A stretch of 64,000 nucleotides of DNA from Tubiluchus corallicola (Eukaryota > Animalia > Priapulida). Below, piece by piece: positions 12,101 to 24,100 of this stretch. A program made the translations under genes and the position numbers. Every line of letters starts with the position of its first letter. Positions within the stretch are counted from its first letter, which is position 1. The notes under the pieces were generated by a model. That model did not search any database, was not told the origin of the DNA, and was given only the letters and a program-made list of their open reading frames with translations. The DNA lies in NCBI GenBank assembly GCA_030141605.1, contig JAQGDQ010000246.1, positions 124,001 to 188,000 on the forward strand, written 5' to 3'.

Positions 12101-15100
12101 AGATATAAGTACGATCTTCCTCTGCAAAGGAAACCGTAAAAACTAAAAAAAGATTACTACTAATTTTTGGCAAGTTCTAATGAAATCACAAAACATAATG
12201 CGAGTATAATAAACAACTAAGGTTAGACAGTTTAATGCTTAAAACAATAAGCCCATAACCCAAAAGTTATTGGTTAAAATCTTAATTACTAAAACTAACA
12301 GACTAAAGCAAAAGGCTAACCACTTTGCATGTTAGGTTTATTTTACTATTATCACTTAAACTTGGAAAATATAACAAAGAAATTTGCACAAAAACTGTCA
12401 ATAAAAAATAAAGTTAATTTGTAGACTTTTTACACCTTAAGATTATAAAGCTAATGTATAAATATTTTTAGGTATGGTGGTAGCTGCTATTTATTTGAAA
12501 ATCATTACGTAATTGGCAAAATTCATAACTTTTTGTAAGCGCACTGTGGCTTCCCGTAAGCATGCGCTGCTTAAACTACTTCAAACTTCAGCAGCTTACC
12601 TAATATACATGCAAAAGATCACAAAATTGGCTATCTAATTTTTTGTAAAAACTTTATGTACTTTTGCTGCGTTCAAAACGGCAAAGCCCAAGTGCGAAAT
12701 GATCGGGACATTTAAAGTGATTTTACCAAAGTACACCATGCTCTTATCACACTTTTATTACTAAATCCTAATATTTTTCATGAACTGTGAAATAAGCGTA
12801 ACTTCCTAGAAGACTTTGCCTTTCCTTTAAAATTTTAGCCCAGTCACTCACTGCCCATTGCCACTACTTACGGATGTAGCAGGTTTTACTTCTTAGTGTG
12901 AACACGCAAGGTTCCTACAAGTTATCTGCAAATATCTTGGCAAGAAAACTCTCCAGACTAAATTTACCATGAGTGTCTAATCATTGATTAGCCCTCAGTT
13001 AGTGACTAAGATGCTCAGCCTTCATTTCAAAAATCAACATGCAAATTTAAGTTTTGTCATGCATTTTGTGGTTTTATTCTTCAAACAAGTTAAAGTATCA
13101 CCAGCTATTTGGAGAAAGAAAAAGATGGAAAACAAAGACGACTGGAATTCTTGATTCTTTTCTTTTTTTGGGCATTTCATTCTCAACGGCGTTAATTTCT
13201 TCTCCAGTTAAGTAGCAAGCATGAGTTTCAAACAATATATTTGTTGCAAATTATAACAAAGGCAATCCATTTACAGATAAAGTCTTGACTCTCTATTACT
13301 AACACATCTCGAAGTCAAGTTGAAGTCTTATTTGCATTTCAGGATGTGACGAACAAATTTAAACTGAAAACAGGAAACTCACCTATGCAGTCACATGTAC
13401 GGCAGCCATTTTCATCTATCACGTTTCCAAAAAGGCATGGCTCGGTACACCGAGTAGGAGGACAAAATTCTTGCAATTTGTCTAAACAGTATGCTAACGG
13501 CGGGCAAGGGGGACCGACACACTGCTCAACTTTTTCTAGTATGCAGTCCTCACTATGTTGACAGCTTTGCATCTAAATAAAGATAAAAAGCAATACAGTG
13601 TTAAGTAAGTTTATATGATTTGATTTCATTTTAAAACATTCTATAGCTCAAACACAAGCATAAAACATTTTAATAATACCTAGAATCAACATTCTGCAAA
13701 AAATTGTGAAACTAGTAGAGTACGTAACTAGATACATATCTGAATAATTGCATCAATTAAATGCTAAGACACAAAATTTTTTTAGCATAACAAAAATATA
13801 GAAACATGTTATAAAAGCATGCAAAGTGATCAGTAATCAAAGTAAAGTATTCAAACATTAAATACTCAGTAATCCAATATTAAACATTCAGTGCAATGAC
13901 AGTAAAAGCTGGACAGTTAACAAAATCTTGTGTCGTAGCAAGTCAAATGTATTATTTGTAAAGCAATTTAATGTTAAGAAGTATATAACAATAGTTATCT
14001 TTACCTGAACCACTAGTATTTATTGAAATGTTAGGATGAAACAGGCTGACAAACCAACAAGTAGCCTGCTTTGCACTTTCAAAAAATAGAAACATCAAAA
14101 CATAAAAATCGCCTATGATCCAAACTTGTCTAATATACCTATGCTAGTTTAGTGGCACATATAGGGGCATAGCCTCTAAATTGAGTAAAACTTGCCATTA
14201 AATACTGGATTCTGGATTGCGAGATTTTGCAATGTGTAAAAAAATCACTTGTTGCAAAAGAACACAATTGTACAAAGAACTGATTTTTTGCAACATGTTT
14301 AAACTGGTTTTTCATGTCGTCAACGTGAGTAGTAAGTGAGTGCTCCAAACACACAAATTGTGCTAACTTTCACATTGCCAACCTAGACAATATCTAGATG
14401 ACACTTACAAAGCAATTAAATCCATCTTCTCCACCTAGATGGAAAATGGGTTGGAATGGTTGAACACCAGCAGAACTGATCACAAAGTCACCTTCACCTT
14501 GCCCTGTAGTAGTTTCCGCTGTGTTCTGATCTACGCACTCTGGTTCGGCATTACAAGGAAATTTGACACATAGAACTGGCTTAAGACGGCATCTCGTACC
14601 AGGTGGACAAGTTATATCCTATAAATGCATGAATACATTCCTGCATCAATGTCTAATTGCCAGGCTGATGTAGAAAAGTGACACAGGTACAAACCAAGTA
14701 TGCTATTTTTGGCTCACAAAGCAAGGTGCTTATCAAAATAATTACTAAGCATTGCACATATCTTAGTATTAGCACATATACAACTGCACAACCATTTACG
14801 AAACTTTTTGAACTATAAAACTGAAAATAATCCATTAAAATTATCTCAGTATGAAAAGAGCCATGCAATGACAAATTTGCCAACAGCTTTTGGAAGGATG
14901 CAACGGGGACATTGACAAAAACCTATATTACCTATTTATATTATTTATTCGAACATATAACAGGTTCAACAATTCATATATGAATCAAATATTAAATTTC
15001 CACCTATATAGTTAGTAAATAAAGAGACGCACTTTAAGAATCACACATAATTACACAGATGTTTAGTAGAGTTCATTTTAATGAGTCAAGGTAAAATCAA

Positions 15101-18100
15101 GATACTGAATTTCAGTTAAAATCAAGTGTGCTTTGTTGACTGATTTTTCTCACTAGTACTACCTATATACTAAGCTTGTTATGTATGTCCACTTGGATGC
15201 GTAATACGTTTAGTACCAAATAAAAGACCTTAGCAACCGCTGAGGTCAAAATCAAGTATGTCACAATAACTATTTACTGCTAATACTACTCATGTCTCAA
15301 AGTTGATTTGCTTAGCTTCAGTGACCTCAGATATTTAATGCAAAATGTGTGAACACAGGTGGATACATGCATTTATGCAAAAATGCCTCAATTATATCCC
15401 TGCCACTCAACTTTGGACAGGAGATAATGTAAATGCATCATGGGAGAAATAATGACGGCATATGCTCTGACACACACTCGCATAGTTTCACATTTGTACA
15501 ATAAAGCAGTGCTATGACAAGAGTTATCTAATAAAAATACAAATCAACTTACTTTTCATTTGTGTAATTTTAACAGTTTACATATTCAGTGAAAATGTCA
15601 CTCTTTGCGAACAGTAGCTAAATTTGAATTCATTAAAAACTCAGATTAAGAAAAATTCACCAGCATTTTTTCTAAGGGTACAAGTTATAAAATAACACTA
15701 GCTTTTTACGGTATACGAAGATAACTTAAACCTGACAGAGGGTTTAAACAAGCTCCGTAAATCAGAAATATCAAAATTGCGGCTCGTCAATTTGGAAAAA
15801 GACTTCATTCAAATTTGGCTACGACCCAGAAAATTTATACATTGTTATATAGGCAAATGTATAAAATTCATTAATATATATAAAACAAACTAAGCTATTA
15901 ACTTACTGCACATGTAGCTTCTTCAACAGTGTGTGGACGTGGAGGTGCATCCTGAAAAACTATTGAATTTTTGAGGTTAAGCAACACTGCGCTTTTTACA
16001 AACATTTCGTTTTCTTAGAATGTAATAAAATTTGCCCTTATTTGGCATTGCTGGGTATTTTACAAAACCAACCAACCTTAAAACAATCTTCTGCAGTAAT
16101 TTGCTTTGATAAGTTTCATTGCATTGTAACAAAATTACAAACCTCCACATTGAGCTAGTTTTGGGCACGTAGAAAGACCACAGTCAACATCAACTAGACC
16201 ACATTCTTGGTTGTCGGGACATGGTATACCCTGAAACAGATAACTAACCTTTTAAAAAAAATTTATAACATATGTAGGCTGAACACAATAATTTATAACC
16301 TTAATCAGAAGATTAATATTATTAATAGAATGACCTTAATCAGAAGTTTATTATTAATAATAGAATTAACTCACAAATGATTAAATTTTATTGAAATCAA
16401 GTTTAGAAAAAAAGTATATAAAAAATATATAAATCAAGCTTTTTTTCGACTTCACAAAGATGTATGATTTGGGCCACTAGACCACATAGCCTCGTGTGCA
16501 CAAAATTGAACTTAATGCAATCCTGGCAAGCTTGCCATTAATGTACTCAAGTGTTAGTGTGACTAATGCCAGAATTTTACTAACTAACATAAACTAAGAA
16601 TTTTGTTCAGCAAGTAACACTTTAAATAAGCCATAATGCTTGCTTAAAGTCTAAAAAAGAAACTAGAGATCTAAAAACAGAAATCCTTCATGATACATTA
16701 GCAAGTCAACGCATAGATTTTTGAATTCTAAAATACTACTACAACATGTTAATTTTTGTTTGTTTGTTTAAAAAACTTTGCAAACATCTCTAAAACTGCC
16801 AGGTTTCGAAGATCAAACATTTAAAAAATGAAAAGAGAAAAAAATAAGCGCATATTGTGATCCTAGTGTTGTATCAATTTATCAATTTGTTAATAATTAA
16901 CAATTTACAGAAACCTTTTGTAACAAACTTTCATAAATGTTGTGGTCACTGAGATAACAAATTAAACTGATGTCGCACCTCACAAGGTGATTTTTTACAA
17001 TCACATGTTTGGCAGCCATGGGTGTCCCGTTCATAACCATGTTCACAATGTATTAGGCATGTTGGTACTGGACATTCTGGCGGATAAGTTACTAAAACAA
17101 ACAATATTATAAACATTTTTCTAAATGGTATAAGAATTAAAAAATCTGGCATTTAAAACAAAGACCCCAATACAAGCAAAAAATAAACATCAACAGCAGT
17201 CATGCACGAAAATTAAATGACTATCAATCTGTACATTTATTTTCAAAGCCAACAAAACCATCAATTTGCAAGCAATTACAAACAAAGGAAAATTAAACAA
17301 TTAGACATCACTTATCGTTATATGGTGAATAAATACTTACCATTGTGGTGAATTATTATAGAACTTAATTTTCAAACTAACTAGTAAAAGTAGAATAGAA
17401 GTTGATGATGCAGTTAATAAGGCTGATGATGTCACACTGCTAGAGGATGCGCAAAATTTTTATACATTAATCCACTACTTTTTCAGATCACGTTTTAATT
17501 ACTGGAGAAAAGAGAATGAAATAAAACATGATCTTCATCCTTGAAAATGAAAAACTTTGCTTCACAAGATTTAGTCTAATAAAAGAAAAATAGTTAACGA
17601 AAAAATCAGAAAATGTTTAAAGTAAAATCAAATATTGCATTATATCTTAACTTGCATAACAATCAGATGTTCAGTTATCATCTATGACATTCAGCTAAAA
17701 TGAAAAAACAAATCAATAACTAGTAAAAGTCTTTGACCTCGTCAAAAACTGTGGTACAATTCTGCTTCTGAGACAGGAGATGCTTCAAGTGACAGCTTTT
17801 ATGTTATATTTCTTGGATTTTTTTTGGAAATATTTAACAGTATGTACACAAGTAATGTTGCACTTGATATTAGTAGTGTCAATGAATTTGGAACTTGTTA
17901 CTTTTGGATCAGTGACACGTGGTTCAAGAGACAGTCAAATGGGGTCAACGGACACCATTCAATTTGTCTCGGCATAGTTAAAACTACGTTATGATGCTTC
18001 AAAGTGGAATGCATCAAAAATTTGGTAAAATTTTTTTTTTATGAAAACAAACGCTAAATGTATTGGACTTCAATGTATTCTAGCACCAAATTATCAGGAA

Positions 18101-21100
18101 AATGTCCAAAAAATACTAAAAATCTAATTTTATGACTCCTTACCCACTTTTCTGTCTAGAAACTAGTACTGGAATTGTAAAAAAAACATGTATTTTCTAT
18201 CTCCCATTGTAGCTCGTGGAAGCAGCCACTCTGCTTCAGGTTTTTCTCTGTTGACAAGACCTGATGTCTGTCAGGAAGAGCCATCTACTGGATTTAAATG
18301 TAACATCAATTTGCTCTTGTAAAATCCATAGCAACCACACTTTAGTACAGTGTGTAAGCCTGCACCTCAACTTCAACGTGGATCTCAGCTTAGAAATAAC
18401 ATAGAGCGATGAGATTGTTACCAAAATGATCCTCATGAAATGGAGATTCAGGATATGTGAATAACTAGAAAAACTTAATTGCCCACTTACGGACTATTTT
18501 GCTATGCAAGCCACATATATCATCTTCGTCTTTGTCTTCCCAAGCCACCCAATTTTGGTTTTTCGCCCTTGTCTGGGTAATGATTAACCAACCTGGGAGT
18601 AGCTTATACCATTCAATCTGTTTCATCGTGGCCTTTCATTTGCTGTACTACAGCCTAATGTTGCTTGACACTAGTGTCTCCCCGACACCTCCACCCGATT
18701 TTGGTTTTTGCCACATGCCGCAAAATTTCCCCATTCACGAATGACCCACGTTCAGGAATGGACAAGATTTTGACCCAACCAAAAATTATGGCCTTAGCTC
18801 AGAAACTGCAGGAGGAGATCCAGTGTAAAAAACTTGTAACAATTTTATTGCAAAAGTGTACAATGTTCACAGATTATAAACTTTTATGACACCATTATGA
18901 TACCTCTACAATAGAAAACTTTCAACCTCTCCAAATGCTGTCTCTAGACCAACTGGAACTTGCATGCCTGGGAGAATAAAGCTCTAATCACATGACCAGA
19001 CATACAAGTTCCTATTGGAAGGTACATTAAATTCATGCAAAGGTCACCTATACTCTACATGTTAAACCAAAATCAAATCTACATGGCTTCTTTCATAGCA
19101 GAATAAAGCTTATAGTCGATTACATTAAGTTCACTAGTTGCTTCTCTTCCAAACTTTTTCTAATTTTCAGTAGTCATGGAAACGAGGAGATGAGGAGGCA
19201 TATTGAGGCTGCAGCTAAAAAACATTTGTAGAAAACTGACAATTAAATAGATTACATAATACCACAATCGCGTACAATAAGCGACATCCAGTCTAGCAAG
19301 AAAGGAAGAAACTCTGTCCGCTCCGCGACCTTTGATCTAGGCATGATGTGTGATGAATTATACATAAACATAAATAACCTTCCTCCCTGAGGAGTGTGCT
19401 GTGTGAGTTTCCTGTCCCAGTCCTGTGCGTGTGCAAATTATTAAAGAAACAAAAAGGCACAAATAAATAAATAACAATAAAAACTAATTGACAATGTTTC
19501 TGGCATGGTCAGAAACTGAAGATTTTGCCAACAATAGTTGTAAAATTCAGGCTTAAACATGAAGAGACGACAGCCTTTCTTTGAAAGTGCTTACTTTCTT
19601 TTATTGAATTGCTTGAAGTACATTTCACAATGAAACCTCAGCATTTAACTGTTCGGCCCATCATCCACGGGTCATAGGTCAACAATCTTGGCATAACTTA
19701 TATCATTCAGCTTGTCTCATTAAAGCCTTTCATTTGATAAACAACAACCTACTTTTGGTAGACCCAGGAAGGCATTTGTCTCCTCGATCCCTATTTTGCT
19801 CCTCATTGGGTCACAGATTAACGATATACACAGTAGCCTATACCATTTGATTCGCCTCATGAAGACCTTTCATTTGATATGCTACATGGTACTATTCGTA
19901 GACAATCGATGTATTTCTGGTCCCAACCTCCATTTTTCGCTTTTTGCCCCCTAGGGGAGTCGCGGATTAGCCATTTTCGTTGCAACCTATGCTATTCGAT
20001 CTGCCTCACTGAGACCTTTCATTTGATAGATGCGGGAAGGCTTTTGTCTCCTCGACCCCTGTATTGCCCCTAACTGGGTCACAGATTAATGATTATACTG
20101 TAACCTTTGCCATTCGACTCTCCTCATCGAGATCTTTCATTTGATATGCTACATGGTACTATTCTAAGACATTTGATGCATTTCTGTTCCCAACCCCCAT
20201 TTTTTGGTTTTTGCCTCCTAGCGGAAAATTTTCCCCCTCCAAATCACCCATATTTTACCACATCCAACAACTGGGCCCCACCTAACCACATACCAAATAT
20301 TGTCGCCCTAGCTCAAAAACTAAAGGCAAGAATGACCAACCCCCATTACCCTTCCCCCCTTGGCCAGTGGTCAGCGGTTGCTAAACAACTGTACATCCTT
20401 GCCCAAGGCTACCAACCCTGTGAGTTTGGTGACACTGGCTTGCAAGGCTTATGAGTTATTAAGAGTTGAAGTGGCGGAGAATAAATAAATGTATGAGAAA
20501 CAGTAAGTGAGAAATCACGTTTTGGCATAAATGTTCAGTTTTCAAAATGTTTTGCAATCAAAAGTTGCCAAGTAAAAAAAGGAATTATGATGCTTACCAG
20601 TACAATCGGGTGGCTGTTCTGCTGGAGATCTTCGAGTACCAGGTAATTCCTGTCCGTCTTCTCCAACGCACCACTTATAGCCTGAAGAGGCGTGTATCTG
20701 CAATGGTTCATAGTCACCATTGGGTCGACACTGAGGCTTATAATACCCAAAGATTGGAGGATTTAAGCTCAGAAACAGATCCAAATTGGTATTTTCTATC
20801 TCGCATGCTATAAAAAACAAATAACGTCTTTCATATTAAGCAAGCAACAGGATATCAGATAGATAAAATTACTTATTAAACTAATTACTGACAACTCATA
20901 ACTAGAATATTGGACTAATTTTATAAAAATCACATTATCAGTTTGGTAAAGTACGAAAGTTAGAAAGCAACTTTTAATTTGTTATTGCTCTATCTTGTAG
21001 TCTAGCAGTGCATTCAGAGAAGTGAGTTTTGTGTTATGAATTTTCTCTCAAACTCACAAGTGTGAACTGCTTTGCAAATTAAATGTCGACATTTACAAAC

Positions 21101-24100
21101 TCTCTGACATATTATTCAGACACTCAAAGTATCACGTTACAGAAGTGTTCAAATGCATTCAAAAATCATGTCCATTATATAGCAAAAATTCAAAGTATTT
21201 TATAAAGAACACACCTTTGAGTTTAGTGCACTTGGCAAGTTTTGGGCAGAAATCACTTCCACAGTCGACTTCTGTCAAAATGCAACCCTCTCCTGCAGGA
21301 CACGTTACACCCTAATAAAAAACAGACATTTTCATTTCATAAATGACAAGATCTTTACAATCTTAAGCTTGCTTTGACTGCAGCTAGCATTATCTTTAAT
21401 AAGCTTTATCATTATCAAAAAGAAAATTATAATTTTGCAGTTTATACTTAAAAAGTGTCATAATGAATAAAATAAAACATACGTCGCACGGTCCCCTTTC
21501 ACATGTACAAGATGGGCATCCATTTTCGATTTTATTTCCATGTGGGCAAGCATTTACACAACCAACTGGTGAACAGTTGGCAGCACGGGTTTCTAGAATA
21601 CACAGCAGTAGCTTTAGTTAGACGGTACACTAACAAGTAATGATACTATTAACAAATAATTATACAAGAAATGTTTGGCTCTTGGTATATCCTTTATGGT
21701 TATATGGTTAAAGTTTTAGAATGCTTCGTAGGTCCATAGCAAATTCGATACGATAACGATAAAAGCAAATTTTGCATTGATACGATAATCCATAATTATT
21801 GATATGTATCGTTATTGTTAACATTCTGATTTCAAAGAAAATGCAATCATATACTATTGCAAAAGCTAATTTGACACTAGCTATAAACCCTCAGATAAGT
21901 GAATAAGAGTTCATGGACACTGCCTTAGGGTGATCTATAACAGGAACAGTTAAAACTCTGCTAAGTCGTCTGGTTGGGAGCCAGCATGAACCTGCTTATG
22001 TACATTGAATATATTATGCAGGTAAAACAATAGTATATTATCTAAATACACAATCAGTCAAGATTGGTAGAATAATTGGTCTTTGGATAGAGTAAATTCA
22101 GTTCTATTTCTGGTGAAATCTCTAGAGACTAATACTACAAGGTTAAATTGTAGTAACAATCCAACAGTAATAATTGGAAGACACTGGTATAAATTGTGAC
22201 TCTTCACTTTCACAGGCCATTCAATTTTAGTTATAAAATGTGAAAGACATTCAATTTGACAAAAGGAAGCACCTACATAAGACTTAGGTGAGAATGATGT
22301 GTTTAGTCCTGTATAAATCAGAGTATTTCGTTTTCTATCATATCCTGCTAGTGCCATCTGGCACCACACTTTTCCACAAGACACACAAACTGGGCATTTT
22401 GAGATTTTCAATTGGTCATGGATTACTCATATCAAAAAGTAATGCCAGTTTTTTGCTCCAGAGCACATCAAATTGTGGGTGGCAGAATTCAGGGCTCCAA
22501 GGGAGGGCATGGCTGAACCAACTAAATCTGTCATTACAATATCTAGTTTTTTCCAAAAATGAAATAACAAAATTGTCATTTGCTTACAAACCAAAAATTG
22601 CAATGAAATATATATAAAACAATTTATATGTTATGTTATCAAAGGAATAAACAATTTAGTTACAAGATGTCATATCTGACACACTGATAAAAGATCTACT
22701 TAATGTGTGCAAGAATAATGTGTGCGTCGTCGACCTGTAATGTGCCATGAGTAGTTTGCAACCTGTAATGTTCATCATAATAATAAAGCTTATTTAAATC
22801 TATTTGTGGATCTGTTTGCCTTACTATCAGCGGGATAACAAGAGACAAGAGACAAGAGAACAAAAGTTCTGCAGATAACATACCATCGTCACAGTTTGGT
22901 CTGCCCCTGCCTCTTGTGCCCCATTTCTCTCTGCCATTTTTATCCACACACCAGGAGTAGCCGGTACTTGGATGAAACTGTATTTCCTCAAACTCACCAC
23001 TAGTGGTACACTGAGGTCGGTAATGTCCTACAAGGCGCCTACCAGAAGTAAGCAGGTCGCTGTTCTGCTGCTGAATTTGACATGCTACAAACAATATAAT
23101 AAATGTAATACAATAAAGCCACTTAGTAGTTCCCCTATTAAGCATCTCTCAATCACAGCACGAGTGTTATGTATAAGCATTTGTTACCTGTTGGCAGTTG
23201 GCATTGTGCAAGTTGTGGACAGAATTCATCATCACAGTCAATTTCCACTGTTACGCACTGTAATGAATCTGGACACCGTATTTCCTGTTTGAAAAACAAA
23301 AGAAATACAAGTTAAAAACATGAAGTACTCTTGAACAAAAAACAAGAAATCAGTTGGCAATTGACGAAAATAGAGATACATATTGAAAATGCTCTTGGGT
23401 TTACCTATGATAGCTTAAATGTATTATATATGTACTTGTTCAGGAAGCTTTCGGATTTTGAACTTTTTTTCAGAGCATCAAAATTTTAAAATGAAATTAG
23501 AGTAGCAAAACCAAAATGCAAAAAAGAGAAGATTGGAGAACCAAAACCGAGAACTTTTTAATGAATGATAATAATGAAGCATGCACAAAAACCCACTGTT
23601 TTGAGCCATGGTCAACAACTACTGAAAAACCGACAGTCGTTTTTTCAGTAGTTGTTGACCATGGCTCAAAACGACAGGCGTTAAAAGTCTATTAATAATG
23701 CAAGCCACTTGACATTAATTTGCTTATACCTCACATGGAGAAGGTTTGCATTCACACGTTGGACAGCCGGTTTCAGTGTCAGTTTCATACCCATGGTCAC
23801 ATTCTTCTGGGCATTCCTCGGCATCAAATTCACATTCTAACACGGCTATTAAAAAAGAAAACCCCTAAACTTTATCTAATATTACCCAAATTTCATTTAC
23901 AATTAATTTCAATACTACATGGTAGTAGTCTGTGATTACCATTGCTTGGCAGTGAGTGGTACTTTAAAGCACTAAGTACAAAAACTTCCCTTCCATTTAA
24001 ACAATTAGAACCACATTAACGAATGGCATTGCTTGTGTAGAGCTACTGATAAGTTATAAAAGGTTAATTACTTGATATATTGCTACTTTTATGTTAACTT

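Noticed and set aside
17341-17450. Minus-strand stretch SSSVTSSALLTASSTSILLLLVSL resembling a GPI signal, ending at a GTAAG donor
   Set aside because: Available acceptors are phase 2 while the preceding exon ends in phase 1; likely chance
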